Virus record (IMG/VR): IMGVR_UViG_3300031920_000341
Coordinates: 80,267 to 144,266 of that record
From: a virus
Lineage: Duplodnaviria > Heunggongvirae > Uroviricota > Caudoviricetes
Length of the DNA stretch: 64,000 bases
Strand: one strand, 5' to 3'
Shown here piece by piece: positions 49,820 through 62,500 of the stretch (positions are counted from its first letter, which is position 1; every line of letters starts with the position of its first letter). The notes below the pieces were generated by a model. The model saw only the letters and a list, made by a program, of their open reading frames with translations, was not told the DNA's origin and did not search any database. A program made the position numbers and the translations under genes.

Positions 49820-51136
49820 ATGTATACAGAACTTAAAGATAGAAATATTTACGAAAATGCAAATGTCAATTTTGTCTTTGATTTTTTTTCACCATATAAA
49901 CGCAGAAAACTTGCATCATTGATGTCTAAGGCTTTATTACGTAAGGTTTCGTTCAGTAATAAGTATGATCTTTTTTCAAGAACAATGGAAAATAAAACCA
50001 AATTATATCCTAATTTTATGGGTGGATATCGTATGCATACACTAGAAAGCGGGTTTATACCATATAATGAAGCAATTAATATATTATTAAGATCACTTTC
50101 ATTTATTGAAGGTAATGGATTTACAACAGATAAATGCAGAATGAAAATGTATATCAATTTTAATTCAAAGGGAACTGATATAAATGAAGCACAGATGTTA
50201 AATAAAATCAAATTTTCTCTTAGAATAAACGAAAGTAAATATTTTGATATATGGTATAGAGATAATTTTGAACGTCCAAGACGTAATTTTATGTCATATG
50301 TATATCCAACACAAATATTTGAAAGAGTAATAAATGAAAACAATATTATTAATTTACCATTAAGCGAATTTAACTATCCTGATTCACAATATTTTGGTAT
50401 AGATTATAATAATTTAAGCAAAGGATATGTCGGATTAAAATATCCAGGCGGTAGAAATTATCATAAACGTAAGAATGAAATATTAGACCTTATGAATAAT
50501 GGAATAAAAATATTCCATACTGTTCTTAGTGAAGGCGGTTCATATAATGATAATGATATGATTAAATTTAGGAAAGTAATAAGTGAACAAAAACAACTTG
50601 TTAATTCAATAAAAACATACGAAGGCTTTAAATTAGGACATAAGAATATCTTACTTACATATGATTTAGATGATAATCCAACAAAAGTTAAATTTAAATA
50701 TAATGAATTTAGACAAGTATTGTTTGAATTACTTGCATATGGCGATGTGGTAAGAGGTGAAGTAAATTATGATTCGGCAAGAAATAAAATGCAAGTACAA
50801 AATACAGTAGTAAGAAATGGTATAGGTATACATGGACTTGAATTTTTTAATTCTAATTTAGATGGCGATTTTACAAATTGTTCATTCTTTGGTTGCTCGA
50901 TTAAAAGAAGTCGTATATTTGATAGTGCATTTTTACATGAAAATAATATTGTTAATAGTATTATGAGAAATGCAAATTATCTTGATGATTCAACAGAAAT
51001 GAATAATACATATATCGATAATGATTCTGAATTTATTATTGATGGTAAACTTATTAATTGTATTGTTAGAAATGGTACAGTATCATTTAATGCAAGTATT
51101 GACAAAGAAACCGAAATAATAAACATTGATGCATAA
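49820..51136 (+). CDS. Degenerate amidoligase-like protein with C-terminal beta-helix
   Basis: VNFVFDFFS in place of GxExE; TTDKCRMKMYI in place of T..CGxHxH; C-terminal repeats FTNCSFFGCSI. Confidence 0.45.
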   Translation: MYTELKDRNIYENANVNFVFDFFSPYKRRKLASLMSKALLRKVSFSNKYDLFSRTMENKTKLYPNFMGGYRMHTLESGFIPYNEAINILLRSLSFIEGNGFTTDKCRMKMYINFNSKGTDINEAQMLNKIKFSLRINESKYFDIWYRDNFERPRRNFMSYVYPTQIFERVINENNIINLPLSEFNYPDSQYFGIDYNNLSKGYVGLKYPGGRNYHKRKNEILDLMNNGIKIFHTVLSEGGSYNDNDMIKFRKVISEQKQLVNSIKTYEGFKLGHKNILLTYDLDDNPTKVKFKYNEFRQVLFELLAYGDVVRGEVNYDSARNKMQVQNTVVRNGIGIHGLEFFNSNLDGDFTNCSFFGCSIKRSRIFDSAFLHENNIVNSIMRNANYLDDSTEMNNTYIDNDSEFIIDGKLINCIVRNGTVSFNASIDKETEIINIDA

Positions 51137-51150
51137 AAACTAAACACAAA

Positions 51151-51960
51151 ATGGCACAAGATATATTAACAAGGCTAAATGGTGTTAAAGTTATAAATGG
51201 TACAACAGTAAGAACATTTCTAAATATAAGTAATTCTAACTTTGCAAATATAACTTCTGCGCTAAAAGATTTTTTATCCGATATTAATTTTGATGAAACT
51301 TCTAACAGTATTTCCGTAAAATATCTAAACACTGAAAATATAAATTTATCAAAGAAACTTGATTTCATTGTTAATGGAGAAAATGTTTTTAGTATTGATG
51401 CATTAGGTCGTGTTCGTGGAAAGTATGTTACAATATCTGACATTGTTGAAACAAAACGATTAAGATTATTAAGATATCCAAATTATCCAGATGTAGGTAT
51501 AGATGGGGAAGTAATATATAGTGGTTCTGATTTTTATGGTTATATTGATACTATAGGTTGGGTATCATTAACAAGTGGCGAAGGTGGCGGCGGCGGTGCT
51601 GGTGTGGGATACTTTAGAGGTTTAGTTAATGGAATCGCATCAACTAATATAGGTATAGATACTAGTGATAATGATGGTAGACATCTTATTGATTGGAGAG
51701 TTACAGCAACAGATGATTTTGCGGGACATGAAGGTGAAATTGCTATTTATGAAAGCGGGTGGGAATTTACAGCGCCAGGAATTGGATTTGCTGTTGCGGT
51801 TCGTAATGAAAGCAATAGCATTTATGTATGTCAAGAAGAGTCTCCAATTACTTGGATAATCTCAGGATATTTTTATGAAGAAATAGTAGGAGGCGTTCAT
51901 TATGTAAAACATATGCATCCAACTGGTGAAACTGCAATTGTTTCTAGTGTAATCATATAA
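51151..51960 (+). CDS. Putative fibre-associated protein with DUF2793-like C-terminus
   Basis: DFAGHEGEIAIYESGWEFTAPGIG after a Gly linker. Confidence 0.55.
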   Translation: MAQDILTRLNGVKVINGTTVRTFLNISNSNFANITSALKDFLSDINFDETSNSISVKYLNTENINLSKKLDFIVNGENVFSIDALGRVRGKYVTISDIVETKRLRLLRYPNYPDVGIDGEVIYSGSDFYGYIDTIGWVSLTSGEGGGGGAGVGYFRGLVNGIASTNIGIDTSDNDGRHLIDWRVTATDDFAGHEGEIAIYESGWEFTAPGIGFAVAVRNESNSIYVCQEESPITWIISGYFYEEIVGGVHYVKHMHPTGETAIVSSVII

Positions 51961-52010
51961 TTCTCTCAACCTCTTTTTATAAATAAATAAATAAAATATT
52001 AGACCGTAAC

Positions 52011-53555
52011 ATGGCTATAAAAAGATACGTTGGAGATAAATATGTTGGACTTTCTACTGATGTTAAACCATTAGATGTTGATGATGGCGCAGATTTCATT
52101 GAAATTGATAGTACTGTACTAGTCGAAGATAATCCAGAAATTGATATATGGATTAAAAAAGATGGAGATTGGATTCCATTGGGAATTCCTTCACTCTGGA
52201 ACGCAATAGATAAATTAACACCAGATCTTCCAGATGGATTATCAGGTAAAGCAATATTAATAAGCGGTTTCTATACCGCACTTGAATCAGGTACAGGTAC
52301 ATCACATAACTATTGTACTAGTGATCGTACACCAACCGGCTCGGTTAGTAATTTTTATGATGGAGATACTGGTATATTATCAGCTAATATTGATAGTGGT
52401 GAAGTTGGTTCAAGAATATTAACTACAACAGATGATACAGGTGTTTATTCATATTTACGTATAACAGATGATTATGATCCATTTGTTGGTATACCTGGAA
52501 AAGAAGGTTTTTATAAAGTGTTAGATTCTAATATTACTCCTAGTGCAAATCTTACATATGCACAACATACATATCAATTATTACATTCGGTTACCGGTAA
52601 TTCTTTAATTAAAACATTATATGTTGATGATCCAGATACGGTTACTATAAGTAGTATAACTTATACATTACCTGGCGCTTCAACTGGATGGACAAGTGGT
52701 GTACCATCATTAGTATCCGGCGATACTATTTCATTTGATTTTAATGTGGTAAATGCAGTAAGAAAGCATTACCATCCAACTAGATTGGCACTTATAAGTT
52801 CTTCATATACAACATCTAATACATGTGCACCTCCTGGTACACCACCAATAGAAGGTGCAACAGTAGCATATACAAATAGAACAATAACGGTTTCAGATGG
52901 AATATATACTGAAAATTTAAATGTTAGCATACGAGGATATAATAGTAAAAATATTGGTGGAACATTAAGTAATCAAAATACTGGTGCTAGAGTTGATACG
53001 GTTTCAGATGAATCATTAAGAAGGATTTCTGGATCTGGCCAGTATCCATCAACTGGATATGGCGGAGCATTTATTTCTACTACATCTTTACTTACAACAT
53101 ATACAGAAGAATTACAAATGTTAAATGGTATATATCAAATTCCATTGGGTGATTATACCGGAAATCTTCCTACTGCTGGACCTGATTATTCTACCGGAAT
53201 GGGTTCAAGTGTAAGATGGGTAACATTTCCTATGGTAACATTAAGCAATGACTTAGCATTTACTTTAACATTTAATAATCCAACTGGAACATGGAGTGGA
53301 ACAGAAACATCTAATATACAAATTTATGCAAAAGTTGAAGGAATTACTGGATGGATAGATGCAAATGCTCCTTATCCTGGTGTAGGTACTCCGGTAAATG
53401 ATGGTGATCCAGCAATGGTATTTGGATCGAGTAGTGTATATGTTAAACGTGTTACACTAGGAATAGTAAGAAGCGGTATTCTATATGTAAGAGTAGGATT
53501 ACCTATTGGAAGCGATAAAAAATTTACTGGTATTACGATATCAGACATAAATTAA
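52011..53555 (+). CDS. Putative virion structural protein, 514 aa
   Basis: Thr/Gly/Ser-rich; GLSTDVKP N-terminal motif; structural operon. Confidence 0.65.
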   Translation: MAIKRYVGDKYVGLSTDVKPLDVDDGADFIEIDSTVLVEDNPEIDIWIKKDGDWIPLGIPSLWNAIDKLTPDLPDGLSGKAILISGFYTALESGTGTSHNYCTSDRTPTGSVSNFYDGDTGILSANIDSGEVGSRILTTTDDTGVYSYLRITDDYDPFVGIPGKEGFYKVLDSNITPSANLTYAQHTYQLLHSVTGNSLIKTLYVDDPDTVTISSITYTLPGASTGWTSGVPSLVSGDTISFDFNVVNAVRKHYHPTRLALISSSYTTSNTCAPPGTPPIEGATVAYTNRTITVSDGIYTENLNVSIRGYNSKNIGGTLSNQNTGARVDTVSDESLRRISGSGQYPSTGYGGAFISTTSLLTTYTEELQMLNGIYQIPLGDYTGNLPTAGPDYSTGMGSSVRWVTFPMVTLSNDLAFTLTFNNPTGTWSGTETSNIQIYAKVEGITGWIDANAPYPGVGTPVNDGDPAMVFGSSSVYVKRVTLGIVRSGILYVRVGLPIGSDKKFTGITISDIN

Positions 53556-53570
53556 AATATAAAAATTTAA

Positions 53571-56500
53571 ATGGCGTTAACTACAGATCAAAAATCAAGC
53601 TTGTTATTTAAGAAGTGGCTAGGTAAAGGAGAAACAAATACACTTAGACAATTTTTTGAAGAACCATATAGTGGCAGATCAGTTGTACTTCAGAATCAAA
53701 TTTGGACAGATTCCGAACTTATTCCTGTTCCTGCTCCAACTTTATTAGATGGACAAGATGATGGTATTGTTAAATATTATGTTGATCTCACATTAACTGC
53801 CGTACCTGGAACAGCTAATTCATTCCAATCAGATAGTCTAATTGATTCTATTTCGTTTAACTATGGTGACGGAAGCTATAATTATGCCATAAAAGACCAT
53901 ATAGGCTCTTCTATACCATTCGGACAAGGAGACTGGATAGTTGACACAGAAGCAGGAACATTAACATTCTATGGTGATTCTGGAGCACCTGATTATCCAG
54001 ATTTATCTGGAGCGCCAACAGTTACATTTTATCAATACATAGGACGTAAAGGTGGTGGATCAGGAGAATCATTGTGGTATAGAGGTGGAGTAGGTTCACC
54101 AACACAAGCAACTATACTTTCAAATAGTGGAGATACTGTTGTAATTGGAGATATTATAGGTTCACCACTTCCAATAGATTATGCTTTAGCATTACAAATA
54201 ACTGGCGATACTCAAATTATTGGTAATTTAACATTAGAATATGGAACAAATGTAAACGAAATAGTAGATTCAGTAACAGGAAGTCCAGTTGGTATAGGAA
54301 GTTGGAGTACAGACGATCAACTAGCAACAGCAGCTGCAACCTATGATTTTATATATGATTTAGGGTTAATATTAACAGATACTTATGTAGCAGTTGGAAC
54401 AGGAACAGGAATAGAAGGCGATGTTAATTTCACATGGGATGGAAGTATATTAGATGTTGGCGGTGAAATACATTTTGGAACATATGGTATTTTAATAAAT
54501 GATTCAAGAGGATTATTATTAGGAACATCTAGTTCACTCGGAACAAATGTAGTAATTTCTACAACTGGTGCATATTCACATGGTATACCAACAGATATTC
54601 AAGGTAATTATAATGTTTATGTTGGGAATGATGGATTAAGTTCTGCAGCAACGGGCGATAATAATGTTATGATTGGACATTGGGCGGGATATAATTTCAC
54701 AACAGCAAGTTATAGTATAGGTATTGGTTACTCAGCATTAGAACATAGTGAAACAGGAACTAATAATATTGGTATAGGATCTAATACATTAGATGGAAAT
54801 AATGGATCTAATAATCTTGGTATGTTAAATAGGGGTGGATATGGTAGTCATGGTGATGATAATATATACATTGGATATTATTCTGGATTTGGTGTAACAG
54901 GTGATAGTAATATTGGATTTGGTCGTTTAAGTTTATATAATGCAACAGGAAGTGATAATATTGCAATTGGAGATACTGCATTACGTGATATAACAGGAAG
55001 TAAAAATATTGCAATTGGATATAATGTAGGAAATTATTATAATAATGGAGCTAGTGTTTCTAATCGTTTATTAATCGATAATGAATATAAAGCAAATGAT
55101 GAATATTTTATAGAAGGTGATATGGCAAGCAATTGGCTTAGATTAAGATCTACTGTTACAATTTATACTGGATTAGTATTGCCATTTAGTCCAACATTAG
55201 GATTTGTATTAACATCAGATGCATCCGGTATTGCAACATGGCAAGATCCTAATTTATTAATAGATACTCATAATCATTATCTAAGTGAATTATTAGATGT
55301 AACAATAACAGGAAGTCCAATAGGAACAGGTGATATTTTAAAATGGAGCGGAACAGCATGGGAGAATGTGGCAGATGAAACCGGTGATAATTATTATCTT
55401 AGTGCAGTTGATGCTATTGATATAAGTGCAGTTGATTTTACAATAACAGGTGGAGCAGATATATTGAACGTTGATTTTAGTCATACAATTGAATCACATA
55501 CTGATGTTACAATAACAGGAAGTCCAATTGGAACCGGCGATATTTTAAAATGGTCAGGTGTAGCATGGGAAAACGTAGCAGATGAAACCGGAGATAATTA
55601 TTATGTTGAAACAGTTTCATTTAATACATTAGATGGTATACTTACATTTGAACGCACTTCACCATTAATTGATCTTACAGTTAATCTTGATGGAAGATAT
55701 GAAGAAGAATTTGTTAAAGGTGATATTTTACCTGGCGATTCAAATCAATTAACAGTAACTGGTGGCACAGGCGTATTATATATTAATGATACTACATTAA
55801 CGATAGTACATGGTATAATAGCATCAGCATCAACTGATTTGGTATTATCTGGAGATATTTTTGATGCATTTAGCGGTAAAGTAGATATTGGATTAAATCC
55901 AGCAGATAATAGTATAGCTGTATGGTCAGATGGAACAACGATAGAAGGTGATACTAACTTTACTTGGGATGGAACATTATTAGATATTTCTGGTGCGATA
56001 CAACTATCGATAGGAACATCTGTAAATGAAATAATAGATTCAGTTACAGGAAGTCCAGTTGGAACAGGAAGTTCAGTTGGAATAGGAAGTTGGAGCACTG
56101 ATAATCAACTTGCAACAGCAGCTGCAATATATGAATTTGTTAATGATGCAATTGGTTCATTACCAAGTGATATTTATGTTACAGGAGCTAGTTTCAATAC
56201 TACTGATGGTATAATAACATTAACAAGAAGCGCAGGAGAATCAGATCTTACATTTGATCTTGATGGTAGATATTCATTAGATACTCATAATCATTATTTA
56301 AGTGAATTATTAGATGTTACTATTACTGGTTCACCTATTCCAACAGGGGATATTTTAAAATATAATGGAACAGCGTGGGAGAATGTAGCAGATGAAACTG
56401 GATTGAATTATTATCTTAGTGATGTTACAATAAATAGTATCAATGATGTTGATTTTATAATGTCAGGTGGAGCATTAAATATCGAAGGAATTGATTTTAG

Positions 56501-59500
56501 TCATACAATAGAATCACATACTGATGTAATAATTACAGGAAGTCCAGGAATATTACTTAATGATATTCTAAAATGGACAGGATCGTCATGGGAAAATGTT
56601 GAAGAATATTCTTATACGCATCCTATTGAATCAGGCGATGATATTAACTTAGATACTACAACATCACAAGTAATTGATACACTGATAGTAACAACGAATA
56701 CATTGGGCCACGTAACTGCAGCATCTGTAACAACCAGAGTTTTAACGCCAGGTGATATAGGTGCGGAAGTTGCATTTACAAAGGGTAATCTTACATCAGG
56801 TACAGCACAATTAACATTATTACCTGGAACAGGAACAGGAGTATTAGTAGATACAAGTGTAGAATTAAGTATAGCGATAGGCACAATAGCAGATACATCA
56901 TTAGTTTTAGTAACATCTGGTGATATTTATACAGCACTTATTGGTAAAGTAGATATTGGAACTACTCCAGTTACTAATTATATTGGAGTATGGGAAGATC
57001 CAACAACAATGCTAGGTGATATTAATTTTACATGGGATGGAAGTATATTAGATGTTAATGGTACTCTTCATATTGGTAAAATAGTTGCTACTGCAAATAA
57101 TGATGTAATTATAGAAGGTTCTTCAGCACTTGGTACTGGCAATGAACCTAATGTTATAATACATGGATTAAAACTTTATACACCAGGTGATGTTGATGCC
57201 ATATATGCAGCTGGAGCAAGAGGTAATGTATTTGTAGGTATCGATATGGCTAAATCTACATTAGTAGGTGATTTTAATGTTGGTGTTGGATTATCGGCTG
57301 GTCATTCAATTACTACTGGTAACAATAATGCTTATTTTGGTTATCAAGCCGGTATAATTAATGCAACAGGAGATGAGAATTCATCATTTGGTTCAGATGC
57401 AGGAGTAAGAAATTTAGGTAATTATAATGTTGACTTTGGTGCATTTGCCGGCAATTCATTTTTGATGTCAGGCATAACTACAAATAGTGCTAATACTAAT
57501 ATTGGATATAAAGCAGGTTATCAATATGAAAATGCAACTCCACCAACTACATTATATGAAAATACTTATATTGGTTATGGTGCAGGAGAATGGAATCAAG
57601 GTGGACAGAAAAATGTATTTATGGGCGTATATGCTGGATATGCTGCTGAATATACCGAACAAAGTATATTTATAGGTAATAGTGTAGGTTTAGGTTGGTC
57701 AGGTGGTAATAATTATCTTTTAATTGATAATGACACAGTCCCTTCTGGTGATTATTTTATTAAAGGTAATATGGATACAAATGAACTTACAATAAATGGT
57801 TCTTTTAAATTAAATACAAGTACTAGCGTAAATGATATTGTCGAATCTATTGCCGGTAGTCCAAATGGAATAGGATTATGGAGTACAGATGATCAATTAG
57901 CAACAGCTGCTGCAATTTATGAATTAGTTAATAATGCAATTGGTACATTACCTAGCGATATTTATGTTACAACTGGTAGTTTCAATACTAGTGATGGTAT
58001 AATAACATTAACAAGAACTGCAGGACAATCAGATATTACAATTGATATAGACGATAGATATTCATTGGATACACATAATCATACATTAGATAGTTTAAGT
58101 AATGTAACTGTAACATCTATACAAATAAATGATATACTAAAATGGAGTGGAACAACATGGGAAAATGTAGCAGATGAAACTGGATTGAATTATTATCTAA
58201 GTGGCATTACAGTAAATAGCATCAGTGATGTAGATTTTACAATGACTGGCATTGCTGATATTACTGGCATTGATTTTGGACATGATTTAGAAACACACGA
58301 TAATGTTACAATAATATCATTAACAACAGATGATATTTTAAAATGGAGCGGAACAGCATGGGAAAACGTTGCTGAATATTCTTATACTCATCCTACTGAA
58401 TCTGGCGATGATATTGATTTAGATACAGTTACGAACCAAGTAATTGATACACTTATAGTAACAACTAATACATTAGGTCATGTAACAGCGGCATCGGTAA
58501 CAACGAGAGTTTTGACACCGGGTGATATAGGAGCAGAGATTGCATTTACAAAATATGATTTAAGTTCAGCTACTACATCACAGTTAACACTAACAAATGG
58601 AACAAGTGCGATAATAGGAGCAGATGTAGCATTAAGTATAGTTCATGGAGCAATAGCATTAGGATCAACTGATTTAGTATTATCTGGTGATATTTATGAT
58701 GCAATAAATGTATTATCTGGTGATAATTTTTATCTAAGCGCAGTTGATGCTTCAGATATAAGCGCAGTTGATTTCACAATAACAGATGGTACAGATGTAT
58801 TGAATGTTAATTTTAGTCATACGTTAGATAGTCATACTGATGTTATAATTACCGGAAGTCCAATAGGAACAGGCGATATATTAAAGTGGAGCGGAACGGC
58901 ATGGGAAAACGTATCAGATGAAACTGGAGATAATTATTATCTAAGTGACGTTACTGTAAATAGTATAAGTGATGTTGATTTTATAATGTCAGGTGGAATA
59001 GGAAATATAGAAGGCATTGATTTTGGGCATGATTTAGAAACGCATGATAATGTTACAATAACATCATTAACAATAGATGATATTTTAAAGTGGAATGGAG
59101 CAGCATGGGAAAATGTAGCTGAATATACACATCCTACTGAATCAGGTGATGATATTAACTTAGAAACTACAACAAACCAAGTAATTCATAGACTTGCTAT
59201 AACAACGAATACATTGGGCCATGTTACAGCAGCATTGACAACAACAAGAGTTTTAACACCAGGTGACATAGGAGCAGAGATTGCATTTACTAAATATGAT
59301 TTAAGTTCAGCAACAACAAATCAATTGACATTAACAAATGGAAAAGGTGCGATAATAGGATCAGATGTAGCATTAAGTATAGTTCATGGCATAATAGCAT
59401 CAGGATCAACTGATTTAGTATTATCTGGTGATATTTACGATGCTATAAGCGGATTATCTGGCGATAATTTTTATCTAAGTGCCGTTGATGCTACTGATAT

Positions 59501-62500
59501 AAGCGCAGTTGATTTTACGATAACAGGTGGAACCGATGTATTGAATGTTAATTTTGGTCATACATTAGATAGTCATACTGATGTTACAATAACAGGAAGT
59601 CCAATAGGAACAGGCGATATACTAAAATGGTCAGGTATTACATGGGAAAACGTAGCAGATGAAACCGGTCTTAATTATTACGTGGAGAATATTTCATTTA
59701 ATACATTAGATGGTATACTTACACTTGAACGTACATCGCCATTGGGAGATCTAACAGTTGATCTTGACGGAAGGTATGAAGAAGAGTTTACAAAGGGAAA
59801 TCTTACATCAGGTACAGCACAATTAACATTAACAGCTGGAACAGGAACAGGAGTATTGGTAGATACAAGTGTAGAATTAAGTATAGCGATAGGCGCAATA
59901 GCAAGTGCATCGACAGACTTAGTAACATCTGGTGATATTTATGATGCTATACAACAAACTGCATTAGGTTATGTAGATTATACCGGAACACCTGTAAATA
60001 ATCAAGTTGCAGTATTTACAGATGAAGATACAATAGAAGGAGATGGTGATTTTCTATGGAATGGTGTAGGTGTTACGATATCAAGCGATACGAATGGTCC
60101 TGCTTTTTTATTGAATTTACATAATGCAAATACAGGAACACAAGCTACAACAGAAATAAGATTTAATGTAGCTAGTAGTAGTAGTTACGCTGGTATTATT
60201 GGAACTGCTGCACCAGCACATAGTACTTATAGTACAGAATTTTTCTTTGTTAATAAACAAACAGGTGGATCATTTACATGGTATAATTATTTAGGTACAC
60301 AATTAGCAAGTATTACTTCAGGTGGTACTGCAACTTTTACAGGAGAACTATTTGTTACAGATGGAACAGGAGATACTTTTTTTGAAATGATACCAGGTAA
60401 TAGTTTTGTAATAGATAGTAATACTAATAGAATTATTGAAATTGTATTAGATGCTGTAGGATATGAAAGTATAGATTTTAATACTAATGCTGGTCATTTT
60501 AATATTGATACAAATTCATTTATTGTAGCACCAGGTGGTTTTCCTATAATAGAAACAACTGGATTAGCATCAAGTGGTAATACATATATACAACTTGGTG
60601 ATATTGATGCAGAAGCTTGGGCAACAATATTAACAATAGATGATGCAAATTTAAAAGTTAATATTACCAATTCATTACAATTAAATACAAGTCAACTTGT
60701 TAATGATATAATAAATTCAACAACAGGATTAAGTGCAGCATCATTAGACACTGATTTAGTAACAGCTAAAGCAGTATGGGATGCTATAAGCGGATTATCT
60801 GGCGATAATTTTTATCTTAGTGCAGTTGATGCTACTGATATTAGTGCAGTTGATTTCACTATAACAGGCGGAACAGATATATTGAACGTTGATTTTAGTC
60901 ATACAATTGAATCACATACTGATGTTACAATTACTGGAAGTCCAATAGGAACAGGTGATATTTTAAAATGGTCTGGAACAGCGTGGGAAAACGTAGCTGA
61001 TGAAACTGGAGATAATTATTATGTTGATAACATTTCATTTAATACATTAGATGGTATTTTAACGTTAGAACGTATATCATTGGGAGATTTAACAGTTGAT
61101 CTTGATGGAAGATATGAAGAAGAGTTTACAAAAGGCGATATTTTACCAGGCGATTCAAATCAATTAACAGTAACAGGTGGAACAGGCGTATTATATATTA
61201 ATGATACTACATTAACGATAGTACATGGCGCAATAGCATCAGCATCGACAGATTTAGTATTATCTGGAGATATTTTTGATGCATTTAGCGGTAAAGTAGA
61301 TATTGGATTAAATCCCGCAGATAACAGTATAGCGATATGGTCAGATGGAACAACGATAGAAGGTGATACTAACTTTACTTGGAATGGAACATTATTGAAT
61401 ATTTCTGGTGCGATGCAGCTATCAATAGGTACGTCCGTGAACGAAATAGTAGATTCAGTTACAGGAAGTCCGGCTGGTATTGGTGTTTGGAGTACAGATG
61501 ATCAGTTAGTAACAGCTAAAGCAATTTATGAATTAAATGCAATATCCGATACTTATGTAGTAGTAGGAACAGGAACAGGCATAGAAGGCGATCCTAATTT
61601 TACATGGGATGGAACAACATTAGAAGTAGTTGGAAATTTATATATTACAGAAGATACTTATATTGGATATATGGATGTTTATTTGGACCCTAGTGATGAT
61701 CCATATGTAGATATATATGTAGCAAATGAGCTTGAGGAAAATACATCTAGTATTTATATGTCTATAAATACTGTTGAAATATTTACAACAGCACTAACAG
61801 GTTCAGGTGCTATTTCTACAGATGCAATAACCACTACAGTAGAGAATTCTAATAGTGTAGATATTCGTGCTAATAATATTAATTTTACTAATAATACTAG
61901 TAGTGCTTTTACTGGAGATGTAATTGATACTTATTTCAGAGCACGAAGAATACAGGGTCAAAATGTAAATTATGCTAGAATACAGGGTTATGTTGAAAGT
62001 CCAGTAAATGATGCACAATATGGATCAATTAGATTTGGTGTATCTGTTAATGGAACTTTACTTGATGATAATATAGTTGATATGTTAAAGTTAGATGAAG
62101 ATGGTATGACATTACAACTTGGAACATCTGTGAACGAAATTGTAAATTCGGTAACAGGAAGTCCAAATGGCATAGGAAGTTGGAGCACAGACGATCAGTT
62201 AGTAACATCTAAAGCAATATATGAATTTGTTAATGATGCTATAGGTACATTACCTAGTGATATTTATGTAACGGGCGCAAGTTTCAATACTACTGATGGT
62301 ATAATAACATTAACAAGAAGTGCAGGAGAATCAGATATAATAGTTGATATAGACAATAGGTATTCATTGGATACACATAATCATACATTAGATAGTTTAA
62401 GTAATGTAACTGTAACATCTATACAACCAAATGATATTTTAAAATATAATGGTTCGGCGTGGGAAAACGTAGCTGACGAAACTGGATTGAATTATTATTT

